DNA from: Malacoraja senta
Lineage: Eukaryota
Length of the DNA stretch: 64,000 nt
NCBI GenBank assembly: GCA_038087875.1
Contig: JAXLNO010000230.1
Location: 248,001-312,000 of the forward strand
Direction: 5' to 3'
The notes beneath the pieces are model-generated. The model worked only from the letters and a program-made list of their open reading frames with translations. It was not told where the DNA came from and did not search any database. Below are positions 21,410-33,909 of this stretch, piece by piece. The number at the start of each line of letters is the position of its first letter. The first letter of the stretch is position 1. The translations under genes were made by a program, and so were the position numbers.

Positions 21410-22021
21410 AAATGTACAATAAGCAAGTTCGGTATTCCGAAAACCGCAAGGAATCATTGGATTTGTCATTGTTCACAAGCGATTAAAAACTCTCGACAGC
21501 TGTGCTGGACATGGACATAGACCTGCGCCTCATCTGCAGCCAGGATGTTTCCTAGGTCTCCGGCGCCGCAATCGCTGCCGAACCGCCACTGGACCATCCC
21601 TGTCCCCTCCCGAGTGCACCCCCCCACCCCCCCTGGGGTGGCCTGAGACGTCGGGAGTCAGACGGGAGCGAAGCCTACAGGCAGCTCAGAGAGGCCGCGC
21701 TAAATCCAGCTCAACTGTGCCTGTCAACCTACCAGCCCTGCCTGGACTGACGGGACGGAGACGTTGAGTTAGCCCTGCTTCTCCGCGCTGGCTGTAAGCC
21801 TGGGCCGTCGTTCCCGTAAGGGCGGGGGGGGGGGCACTAAGGAGGGGACGGGGATGGTCCAGTGGCGGTTCGACAGCGATTGCGGCGCCGGAGACCTGGG
21901 ATCGATCCTGGCTGCAGATGAGGCGCAGGTCTATGTCCATGCATGGCTGCCGAGAGTGTTTTTCACTTGTGACATGACCTGGGCATGCGCAGTCGGAATA
22001 CCAAACTCACTTATTGCATTT
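21410..22021. mobile_element. Foldback/MITE-like element with ~230-bp inverted arms
   Basis: Termini aaatgtacaataagcaagttcggtattccga / tcggaataccaaactcacttattgcattt. Inner arms catggacatagacctgcgcctcatctgcagccaggat / atcctggctgcagatgaggcgcaggtctatgtccatg. TSD unclear. Confidence 0.8.
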
Positions 22022-22334
22022 GTGGAGAGAAAAAAAAGAAGCTAGTTATCTGAAGTGATTCAATAAACTATTAAGACCCTACATGTTTGGGCAGAAGGTG
22101 AAATGCGTTAAAAAAAATAATTATATTGCACATTGTGATAGCAGTGTTAGAACCTGAAGACAAATGTCAGAGCAGGGTGGAAAGCAGAATTGAAGTGAAA
22201 GGTGAGTGGGAGCTAAGGGACATTTTTGGGGACTGAATGAAAGCATTGACCTCATCTGTATTTGGTTTTTACAATATAGAGATTACATTGTGAGCATCAT
22301 GTGCTCGAAGTAAGGTAAATTGCTGATTGAAGTT

Positions 22335-22795
22335 ATAGAAATCAATATTCATGCCACTGGGTTGTAAATCCCAGTTGCCAAAACACTTTAATTCCCTTTC
22401 CCATTCCCACAATGGCCTTTCTATCCTAGGTCTCCTCCATTGTCAGAGTGAAGCTAAATGCAAATTGTAGGAACAACATCTCATATTTCGCTTGGGCAGC
22501 TTACAACCCAGTGGTATCAATATTGATTCAAGTAACCCCTGCATTCCCTCTCTCTTCATCCCTCCCCCACCCAAATCGAACCAGCTTCTCGTTCTCACCT
22601 AGCAAACAGATAACAATGACATGTTTCCTTTATCATCATTACTTTTTTGCATATCTTTAGTTCATTTGTTCTATATCTCTCTACATCACTGTTTATATTC
22701 CCTTTCCCCTGCCTCTCGTCTCGACCCGAAAATTCACCTATTTTTCCCCAAAGATGCTTTCTGACCCGCTGAGTTACGCCAGCTTTTTCGTCTAT
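22335..22795 (+). mobile_element. Penelope-like 3' fragment with short inverted 5' piece
   Basis: LSILGLLHCQSEAKCKL*EQHLIFRLGSLQPSG. 22338-22367 is the reverse complement of ~22501-22530. pLTR tail gtctcgacccgaaa. Confidence 0.75.
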
Positions 22796-23008
22796 AATAG
22801 GATCTTGGGACTGGAAAGGGATAATCATTTTCTGCATCGCTTTCTGAAAGCTCTCAGTTCCCTGCTCTCCGCACCCCCCCCAAATACCAGGATACTGCTG
22901 TTAATTAACCTCCCCCTTCCAACCTCGTGATTTTTAGCATGCATCATTTTTTTCATGAGTGTAAGTCCATAATTCCTGAATCTTTCACCCCTGATCCAGC
23001 ACCCCATT

Positions 23009-23098
23009 CTGAATAAGGGTCTCGACCCGAAACGTCACCCATTCTTTCGCTCCAGAGATGCTGCCTGTCTCCCTGAGTTACTCCAGCTTTTTATGTCT
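23009..23098 (+). mobile_element. Penelope pLTR fragment with minimal hammerhead motif
   Basis: ctgaata-a-gggtc tc gaccc-gaaac-gtc; the core CUGAAGA is mutated to CUGAAUA. Confidence 0.75.
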
Positions 23099-24731
23099 AA
23101 CCCCAATCCCACTGTCAGTCTAACAGCAGGACAGCAGTTGCCAGCTCGTTGAATAGATGGAGATCTAAAATAGAGCTGTAGACAGCTCCACTTTTGCAGA
23201 GAGAGGGCTTTTATGAAATAATAAAAGTAAAATGAATGCACAAATAAACAACAGTATTGCACTTACCAATCCGTGTACATTAAAGGCATTCTCAATTAGA
23301 AATCTGCAGTCGTGCTTTAAAACCTCAGATTGTATATGTTATAATTGAAGATATCCTGGAATCTTAGCAATATTTTTTGAAAGTTTGTTTTCTGGATTTG
23401 GCCATTCGTACAGGTTTCATTGTATGCATTATGCTACTGACATGCTCATTTATCTTCTTCAATTCAAAGGTGTGAATCTTAATTAGGTTTTGCTGTTACC
23501 ACAACCAGATTCATTACTCTTGATCATTCCAGTTTATAGTCAGATGCTGTGGCTCCCTGACATTGAAAAGCATGCTCATCTTTGTATATTTTGTGTAGCG
23601 TTTTTCATTTCATTTTTAATTAATGCATGCAAATTGAATTAAAATACAGGGATTCCTTTGAAAAGATGGTGGGAGGGGGGAGGGGGGGGGAGACATGCAT
23701 TTATCAGGTGCCCTTCATGAACGCAGAATGTCCAAAAGTACTTCACAGGAAATTAAGTACTTTTAAGTATTTTAAGTAGACACTGTATTGCATTGACTGA
23801 TGCGAAGAATTGCAAAATTACATTGTCTTTTACTCTCTTGTGCATATTTTTGTCGAGCACTTTGGTTCTCTGTATTACACATGATGAGCCAAGTGCTATG
23901 AACAGATCCCAATTATTGCCAGGAATATAGATTAGGTGCTGAGCGACGTCGTTGATGATGAAGTTAATCACAGGATGATTTTAGTTAGGTTTGCTGTGCT
24001 TGTTATTGATGTAAACACAATGATATATTGGCAAGTTAAGGTAGGTGCTGGAGCATTAGTGCAGCTATGACTCTTGCTGCCCTGGATGAAAATGATCACA
24101 CATCTAGGCAGCAGCAGCAGCCTTGGTGAATTTTGTGAATGATGCACTGATATGTTGGGAGTTAGTTTATTGGATGGTGAATAGGATGTCAATCAAGTGA
24201 GCTGCTTTGTCCTGGATGAACTAGTTGAAGATGCAGTCTTCAAAGCAAGTGGAATCTACCCAGCTACATTTTTGACTTATCAGGAGAAAGGTTCTGAGGA
24301 GTCAGAAGGTGGGTGACTTACCTTGTAGCCATTGTATGAATATTGATGATATCCATCTGTTTCTTGTATCTGTTTTTTACATTTTTTAAAATATTCATTT
24401 GCAGAATGTGGGTGTCGATTAACTTTATTGTGGCAAGATTGAATTTGAGAACACAAAAATAATTACATGAATATGCCATTTGGCTCCTTTTGTCTGTTCC
24501 ACCATTTATTACGTTTACGAGTTATCAATTATTTAATCTCCACTTTCCACTTCTAACTGCATTCCTCTTTATCCTCCTAATATTCAAAAATTCTGGCTAA
24601 AATCTATCAATCTTAAATGAATATTCTCACTGACTGACCTTCCACGGTCCTCGTGGGTGGAGACATGTAAAGATTCACAAACTTCCTTAGTTCTGACTGG
24701 CTCACCCCCTATTTTGAGTATAACCATTTTT

Positions 24732-25546
24732 TTTATTTTTTTAAATTTTTTTATTAGAAGTAAGTACAATCATATGGCACCAAAGTGCCTAATATATATT
24801 GACGTATTACATTTTATGTACAGCTTCTTTTTTTTTTTTTATACAATGAAAAAGAAAAAGAGAGAAAAACGTGTGATATATAGTTTGTGAGAAAGAAAAA
24901 AGGTGAAAGAAGAAAAGTGAAGAAAAGAAGATAGAAAGAAAAAAAGTAGCAAGTAAAAGATTAAGGAGATCGTTATTTATAATCTTGACCATCCCTCACC
25001 CAGTCCTGGAACAGTTAGCTTCTACAATTGTGTTGCACCATATGCTTCCAAAAAGACGACAAATGGAGACCAACTCGTTAAGAATTGGTCTGATTTATCT
25101 ATTAGGAATCGCATTTCCTCAAGATGTGCGGTGACCAACATGCTTGAAATCCACATTTTAAGCGTTGGTATTGGTGTATTTTTCCAAAATTTAAGTATTC
25201 GTTTTTTTGCCATTATTAAACCATAACTAAAAAATAAATTTTGAGATGAGTTCAATTTATTCCCGTCTTCCATTACTCCAAATATAATCATTTCAGTATT
25301 AGGTTCCATTTTTATCTTGAATAATTTTGTAAATATTTCAAAAATATCACTCCAAAATTTATAAAGTTTTATGCAGGAAACAAAGGAGTGTGTTATAGTT
25401 GCGCTTTTGGATAAACATTTATCACAAATGGGGGACATATTTGGATAGAATTTATTCAATCTAGTTTTTGAATAATATAATCTATGTAAAATTTTAAATT
25501 GAATTAAATTATGTCTTACATTAATCGAACATTTGTGTATATATAT
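24732..25546 (-). mobile_element. L1-clade LINE 3' fragment
   Basis: LIQFKILHRLYYS..CDKC....TITHSFVSC..FW cysteine-rich C-terminus; A-rich tail with aataaa (T-run on + strand). Confidence 0.85.
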
Positions 25547-26369
25547 CATTTTTAACTAACATTGAGAAGGTGATGGTTTCATAAGTGATTGGAGAAGAAT
25601 TAGGCAATTTGGCCCATCAAGTGTACTATGCCATTCAATCATGGCTGATCTATCTCTCCCTCTCAACTCCATTCTCCTGCCTTCTCCCCATAACCCCTGA
25701 CCCCTTATGATGAAGTTACCACAGCAGTATTTTAGTTGAAATTGCAGGATTTTGAATCGGGGACAATGATGAAATGATCACCCTGCATCTAACCCTATCC
25801 TGGAATTAATCTGATAAATCTTCGTTGCACGCCTCCTTTCTCAAATATTTATGTCCTAAAGTAGAAAGACCAGATTTGTACGAGTATTACAGGTGCAAAC
25901 CCATTAGAAGCCTTTATAATTGCAGATTTAATGCCCACCCATAATTACTCTTGAAAATGTGGTGGTGAACAGCCTTCTTGAATTGCTGCTGCAATTTGGT
26001 GATGTGATGGAATACATTCTACTTTCTTGGATATGTGCAGCTCCGACAATATTCAAGAAGCCCGATAGCATAAAATAATATAATCTGCTTGATTAACCCA
26101 TGCTAAAGGTTCACTTTCTCCAGTACTAGCCTCCCATGACTACAGTGTACACCATCTACAAAGTGTGTTAGTTATTCATCTTGACTACTCATCAGTATCT
26201 CCCAAACCTCTGACTTCTACATAGGTTCTTTGGTGGGGATTTTGCGATTTAGAGTAAGCAGTGAATGAACCATGGTACCTTTCTGGTCAGGATGCTATGT
26301 GACTTGATGCTATGTGACTTGATAGAGATACCGCAGAAATTCCCTGTCCTCAATGGTAGAAATCATAAG

Positions 26370-27840
26370 TTCCTGAGGATTGGAGGGTAGCTAATGTAAC
26401 CCCACTTTTAAAAAAAAGGGAGGGAGAGAGAAAACGGGGAATTACAGACCAGTTAGTCTAACATCGGTAGTGGGGAAAATGCTAGAGTCAGTTATTAAAG
26501 ATGGGATAGCAGCACATTTGGAAAGTGGTGAAATCATTGGACAAAGTCAGCATGGATTTATAAAAGGTAAACCATGTCTGACGAATCTTGTAGAATTTTT
26601 CGAGGATGTAACTACCAGAGTGGATAAGGGAGAACCAGTGGATGTGTTATATCTGGACTTTCAGAAGGCTTTCGACAAGGTCCCACACAAGAGATTAGTA
26701 TGCAAACTTAAAGCACACGGTATTGGGGGTTCAGTATTGATGTGGATAGAGAACTGGCTGGCAGACAGGAAGCAAAGAGTAGGAGTAAACTGGTCCTTTT
26801 CAGAATGGCAGGCAGTGACTAGTGGGGTACCGCAAGGCTCAGTGCTGGGACCACAGCTATTTACAATATATATTAATGAGCTGGATGAGGGAATTGAATG
26901 CAACAGCTCCAAGTTTGCGGATGACACGAAGCTGGGGGGCAGTGTTAGCTGTGAGGAGAATGCTAGGAAGCTGCAAGGTGACTTGGATAGGTTGGGTGAG
27001 TGGGCAAATTCATGGCAGATGCAGTATAATGTGGATAAATGTGAGGTTATCCACTTTGGTGGCAAAAACAGGAAAGTAGACTATTATCTGAATGGTGGCC
27101 GATTAGGAAAAGGGGAGATGCAACGAGATCTGGGTGTCATGGTACACCAGTCATTGAAAGTAGGCATGCAGGTGCAGCAGGCAGTGAAGAAAGCGAATGG
27201 TATGTTAGCATTCATAGCAAAAGGATTTGAGTATAAGAGCAGGGAGGTTCTACTGCAGTTGCACAGGGTCTTGGTGAGGCCACACCTGGAGTATTGCGTA
27301 CAGTTTTGGTCACCGAATCTGAGGAAAGACATTCTTGCCATAGAGGGAGTACAGAGAAGGTTCACCAGACTGATTCCTGGGATGGCAGGACTTTCATATG
27401 AAGAAAGACTGGATAGACTCGGCTTGTACTCACTAGAATTTAGAAGATTGAGGGGGGATCTTATAGAAACTTACAAGATTCTTAAGGGGTTGGACAGGCT
27501 CGATGCAGGAAGATTGTTCCCGATGTTGGGGAAGTCCAGAACAAGGGGTCACAGTTTAAGGATAAGGGGGAAGTCTTTTAGGACCGAGATGAGAAAATCA
27601 TTTTTCACACAGAGAGTGGTGAATCTCTGGAATTCTCTGCCACAGAAGGTAGTTGAGGCCAGTTCATTGGCTATATTTAAGAGGGAGTTAGATGTGGCCC
27701 TTGTAGCTAAAGGGATCAGGGGATATGGAGAGAAGGCAGGTACAGGATACTGAGTTGGATGATCAGCCATGATCATATTGAATGGCGGTGCAGCTCGAAG
27801 GGCCGAATGGCCTACTCCTGCACCTATTTTCTATGTTTCT
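26370..27840 (+). mobile_element. Young 5'-truncated CR1 LINE (open RT frame 26470-27753)
   Basis: QHGF, YLDFQKAFDKV, GVPQGSVLGP, FADD, VRPHLEYCVQFW. (tttctatg)n tail. Possible TSD ataag (26365-69 / 27841-45). Confidence 0.95.
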
Positions 27841-28324
27841 ATAAGCTTGGGAATTACTGTCTGACCTCCCTAGACAAGTAGCTAGAGCATTTGCAACTGG
27901 CGCACACTGAATATCCATGGTGTGCTGGTGGTGAGGGAGTGAATCTTTAGCATGGGTATGCCAGTCAAGCAGAATGCTTCATCCTTAGTAATAGGATTCT
28001 TGAATACTTTTAGAGCTGCACTCATCCAGGATAGTATTCCATCACACTCTTGACTTCTGGCATGCAGTTGGTGGGATGTTGAGGTCACCTGCAACAAGAC
28101 ACCAACCTATGACCTGCCCTTCTGGTCACAGTATTTTTGGATGGTCCATTTCGAATTCTCATCAGTCATGACGCCATTTTACCCAATATCAAAATGGTGT
28201 GAAACTCAGTGATGGTAGTGCCACTGAATGACAATCGTCTGTGGTCATTGCACTTGAATTGCATAATCATTAAATGTCATTTACCTGCCCATATCTGTCA
28301 GTTGTCTATCCCTCGCTGCACACA

Positions 28325-28409
28325 TACCCATAATCATAATCATATTTTATTAGCCAAGTATGTTTTGCAACATACGAGGGATTTCATTTGCCATACAGTC
28401 ATACCAATA
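28325..28409 (-). mobile_element. LINE-type 3' tail fragment (same family as 45239-45992)
   Basis: (cataat)n-ttttattagccaagtatgttttgcaacatacgagg, nearly identical to 45266-45320. Confidence 0.7.
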
Positions 28410-29149
28410 CAGTGCCCTCCATAATGTTTGGAACAAAGACTCATCATTTATTTATTTGCCTCTGTACTCCACAATTTGAGATATGTAATAGAAAAAAATC
28501 ACATGCGGTTAAAGTGCACATTGGTTTTATTAAAGGGTATTTTTTATCCATTTTGGTTTCACCATGTAGAAATTACAGTAGTGTTTATATATAGGTTCCC
28601 CCCCCCCCCCCCCCCCCCATTTCAGGTCACCGTAATGTTTGGGACACATGGCTGCACAGGTGTTTGTAATTGATCAGGTGTGTTTAATTGCCTCCTTAAT
28701 GCAGATATAAGAGAGCTCTCAGCACCTAGTCTTTCCTCTAGTCTTTCCATCACCTTCGGAAACTTTTATAGCTGTTTATCAACATGAGGACCAATGTTGT
28801 GCCAATGAAAGTCAAAGAAGCCATTATGAGACTGCGAAGCAAGAATAAAACTGTTAGACACATCAGCAAAACCTTAGGCTTACCATATCAACTGTTTGGA
28901 ACATCATTAAGAAGAAAGAGAGCGTACTAATTGCAAAGGGACTGGCAGGCCAAGGAAGACCTCCACAGGTGGTGGCAGAAGAATTCTCTCTATAACAAAG
29001 AAAAATCCCCAAACACCGTTCCGACAGATCAGAAACACTCTTCAGGAGTCAGGTGTGGATTTGTCAATGACCACTGTCCACGGAAGACTTCATGAACAGA
29101 AATACAGAGGTTATACTGCAAGATGCAAACCACAGTTAACCGCAAAAAT

Positions 29150-32100
29150 AGTAAGATTAAACGAGAACTTACCTAAGTTTGAAGTTTGATCTTTATTTTA
29201 TGAGGAGTTACGTAGGTGATTACGTGAGAACCCCGCCAGTGCGCCTGCGCGTCAATCTTCAAAGCAGCGGTGTGAAATCACAAAAAACAACAACCGAAGT
29301 AATATAGTCTCATAATAAAACGAGTAATACAAGAACTTCCATCTGACCTTTATGATAGAGGGTAGGGTCGTGGTGGGCACGTAATCACCTACGTAACTCC
29401 TCATAAAATAAAGATCAAACTTCAAACTTAGGTAAGTTCTCGTTTAATCTTACTATTTTACTTCGGAGTCACGTGAGTGACTACGTGAAGATTTTAAAGC
29501 TTTGTGATTTCATGCCGTGGATCAATCCCGGCTTCTCACAGCATAGATTGACTCGGAACGAGAATAATCAATCATGCATTCATAATAACATTTGTACCAC
29601 AAATGCAGTAATTAATTTCAATAATGAAATGAATCAGATCCCCTTTAAACCAGAGGAATTTACACAGAACTTAAAATAGTTTCTGCAAACAACCCCACAT
29701 TAACAATAGGCCGATGGTAAAAATGTTGAAACATCAACTCATTGGACCATCCGGCGGCTGCGAGGATATGGTCGACGGGGACGTCTTTTGCCCTTGCCGG
29801 CGACGTTTCTGCTGCCCTAGTCGAGTGAGACGTAAAAACATAAGTGTTAATACCAGCAGCTGTTAAGACTTCTTTTATCCATCTGGAAATAGTCTGTATT
29901 GAAACTCTCTTGTGTGGTTTCTTGTGTGTGATCAACAACCAAGTTTCCGTATTCTCAAATTCTTTGTGACCTCAATGTGTTGTAATAAATATGTCTTAAT
30001 ACAGAGACATGGATCATTTGGATATGCTGCATAATTTTAAATCCTGTCACACCTGGCCTAATTTACTTTAGTAGGTCATAGATATAGAATGTAACCTTGT
30101 CTTCAGTTACTTCCATACTGTCTATTTGTAATTTTCCAAGTGTTTGCACTCGTTGTGCTGTCACTCATGCCATAAGCATGAATACTTTCATACTGAGCTT
30201 GACCAAAGGTAAGGACACACTTGATGACCATTCACGAAGTAGTTTCAGTACCACACTTACATCCCAGATTGTCACGTACCTAGGTTTCGGTGGTTTGGAA
30301 TTAAAGATTCCTTTCATTAGTCTGGAAACAATTGGGTGTGACCCAATTGAGTTTCTTTCTGAATCCAGAACCAAATATGAGGACAATGCACTTCTGGCTG
30401 AATTAATTGCACTACAACTCAGACCTTCATCATAATAAAGTTTTGACAGAAATTCTAAACATTTGAAATATCTGCAGTACTTTATTGCACATTCTTTTGT
30501 ACACAGAACTCTTCCCATTTCTTAATATAAGAAAGGTACTGTTTTTGAGTGCTCTTCCTCCAGGCTGCCGTAAGCATGTCCACAGTATGCTCAGACAGTC
30601 CTCGTCCCAGAAAAGGCATTCTTAAAACCTGCAAATCAACAAATCCAAATGATCATATAATGGATGTTGTTCCCCTGTACAGGGTGCAGCAATAAATTAC
30701 TCTTTTTTGAGACTTTCATCAACATGTGTGTTGTTAATTCTAATATCAACGGATACCATGGCTGTGTAGGCCAATCTGGTACTACCAATACCCTTGAAGC
30801 AGCATCTTGCCTGATTTTAAGCAAACATTGGCTTATGAGGCAGAAAGGTGTAAATATATATGAAAACATACCACCCCAATGTAGCGAGAAAGCATCAATC
30901 GCCACTGCTCCTGGATCTGGTTTCCATGAGACATATCTCGATAGCTGATGATTCAAGTCGATGTCGGTCATTCCAAATCTGATTACTATATCATTGAATA
31001 CCTCTTGATTCAACATCCATTCTTTATTATCATGGAACTTTTCGTGACCTGGTGTCTGCTATCGTGTTCATTCTACCTGGTAGATAGATAGCTGAAATCC
31101 AAATGTTCTTTTCAATACACCAAGACCAAAGTTGATTTAACCATTTTGTCACATGACACCGACTTAATTCCACCCATATCATTAATATAGGCAACTACTG
31201 TTGTGTTTATTAATTTGAACTTGAACCTTCCTTTTAGTTGTGTTAGAACCATAAGCTTGGAGTCCATAGAAACCATAGAAAAGCTCCAAATAGGTAATTC
31301 CCCATGTCTGCAGTAACACTAACTTTTCCTGATTCCATCTGCCTCTGCAGCTCGATGTTAAGTCAGTTGCACCCCATCCTAATGCACTGGCATCAGTTTG
31401 TAATATCATGGAAGGTTGTTCAATCAGCACTTTGCCTGAACTGCTTGAGACATGTAGAATCCACCACTGCAGATTAGAAACAGCATTTGTTGTTACTTGC
31501 ATGGTTCTATCAAAATGACCAGCATTTACTCTCAGTGCCTGTTCTTTGATTCTCTGCAGCTGTTGATAATGTAATGGTCCATACTGGACTGCTGGGAATC
31601 TACTAATTTTCCCAGTACTCGAGCCACCTGTCTGATTAGAGGTTTTTGCTCGTTTAACAGCTTACTGCAATCTTTAATCAACTCCACCCTTTTTTCACTG
31701 AGCAAAGTAATTTGCATTTGGGCTAAATCAATTGTGAACCCCAAATAATCAATCGAGGTACATGTTTTTAACCTTGATTTCTTTGGATGAATTTAGAAAC
31801 CCCCAAACTTTCAAAAGTTTGATTTTATTACTGCAACCGATGCTTCTGTTGACTGTTTTGTCCTTCCTATAATCAGGACATCATCCAGGTATGCCATTAA
31901 TACATGCCCCTGGCTCTCAGCAACCCCAGAATTGATTTAAACAATTTTATGAATATTCTGGGAGGGAACGTTAACCCATTAGGCAGAGCTTTGAACTGCC
32001 CTAATTGGTTCATCCATGTAAATTTAAGATACTTCATATCTTGCAAGTGAACAGACACTGAACAAAAGGATTCAGACTTGTCAAGTCTATAATAATCCTT

Positions 32101-33909
32101 CATCCTCCATCCTTTTTTGATCGAGGGAATATATTTGACCCAAATTGGTGAATTTGGTAGACTGATTCTTCAATAACACCTTTTATATATAGGGTTTTGA
32201 AGCGCAACTTGAACCTCCATTACTTCGCAAAGTGGAGAGTTCTGCTAGGAACATGCTGGACAGGCAAATCATAATTTGGATTGAATTCAATTCGAAATCC
32301 TTGGATATTATTCAGAATTACCACATCTGAAGTAATCTTCCAATGTTTATAGAAGAGACGTAATCTGCCTCCAACCTTTGGACTTAATCCAGTTAGTATG
32401 TTCCCCTGAGAACCAGCTCCACCTACCTCTTGAGTCATTTGAGTATTCTGAGATCCCTGGATTCTCCCGGAAGCACCACCACTGGTCCTTACTCCCGCTG
32501 CAGGCCGCCAGCTACGTCCCTGCGTTGATGAGCGACTTGGTCCTGGTCTAGGATCCGTATGACGTCTGAAAGGATACTTCCTCTTTACAGACTTTGCAAC
32601 CATTGATGTTTTTATCAATCCTGTTTTCGCTTCATCTTCCAACTCTTTCATACGTCTCCCGAGATCCTCTCCAAAGAGTAAGTTGGGTAATTGTATATTA
32701 CTTGGTTTGCAGAGTGCTGCGAATTTCGGATTCATAGTAGGCCGTATAGCACTTTCCTCAGATAATTAATCTCGAAGTGGGTGCTGCATAGCAACCCCAG
32801 TGCTTCCTGATGCAACTTCGTCATCTCTTGGCTGTTACCTGCTATTCTGGTAAAAGCAGTTATTCCAGAACCCAGCAGCTTTAATATTCTCTGCAACTGA
32901 TTCCAGATAATTTGGTTCACTGCTGCTGCTTTCAGTTACTTGGGGTCTCCTGCTTTCTTGCAGTCTCATCCATCTCCTGCTGTTCCAGCTGATGGTAAAC
33001 CAAGTAATTTTTTAAGGAGGCCAGTTCTTCTCCTAATGGCTCTCCTGACCCTGACGGGGCAGCGAATCCTACTGCCAAGGTTGGAACATCTGGCAGCTGC
33101 CGTTCATTGCCTTGTACAGCCTCACCGTCAGAGTCGAGGTCTGAAATCTCATGACCCGTGGCACGCTCCTCATTCCTGAGGGTGCATTCCATCAGCCCTG
33201 AGCCAGGTGCTGTTAAGCTGCTTCCTGCAGCTTGGATTACAGTACACTCCTTCCTGAGTGAACTTTGCTCCAACAGCCTTTGAAAAAGGCTTTCTATTTG
33301 GGCAATACGCTCGAAAGCAGTATCTAGCCCTGTACCAGGAGCTGTTTGAACTGCTTCCAGCAACTTGGCTTTCAGTACACTCCTCCCTGAGTGAACTTTG
33401 CTCCAACAGCCTATGTAAAAGGCTTTCTATTTGGGCAATACGCTCGAAAGCAGTATCTAGCCCTGGAGCTACTTCCATTGCCTGGGACTCCCTCCGTGGG
33501 CCGTTGGGATTTAAACTTTGTCTTTTGCCCGACAGGCGCTGACTGTGTTTTCACCAGCCCCAGGTCCACAGTCGCTATGCTCACCGCTGGCGACTATACC
33601 GGGGTTTAGAGGCGGTTGGTCTCTAACCGCAGACTCCCGACTTTCCCGACTTCTGTCGGCTGTGTCGCTCGCCTCTTCCCCCTGTCCGTTTTTTCCATGG
33701 CGTCTGTGGAAAAAATCCCCATAGACCCACAGTAAACGGACCTGGAAAACCTGAAAAAAGTTTCTACTTACCTTGTAGTTGAAAAACTACAAATCCACTG
33801 GAGGAGCTCTGCTCCTCACGTCCGTTTGCGTCAAGGCGTCTGACGTAATGACGCGCAGGCGCACTGGCGGGGTTCTCACGTAGTCACTCACGTGACTCCG
33901 AAGTAAAAT
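29150..33909 (-). mobile_element. DIRS1-type retrotransposon, copy 2 (different subfamily, more decayed)
   Basis: Same termini as copy 1 (agtaagattaaacgagaac ... cgtgactccgaagtaaaat); ICR 29378-29491. YR HSTRAA..AGWS..F..FY, plus RT/RH/MT fragments. Removing it restores the Tc1 cgcaaaaat|aggatggcc. Confidence 0.95.
33240..33465. repeat. Tandem duplication (period 133 bp) in DIRS gag-like region
   Basis: cagtacactcc..gaactttgctccaacagcc..cagtatctagccctg occurs at 33240 and 33373 (GLDTAFERIAQIESL twice). Confidence 0.85.

Noticed and set aside
26470..27753. Intact RT ORF as a domesticated gene or active element
   Set aside because: 5'-truncated CR1 lacking the endonuclease and promoter; the open frame reflects youth. 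The same applies to 42663-44225.
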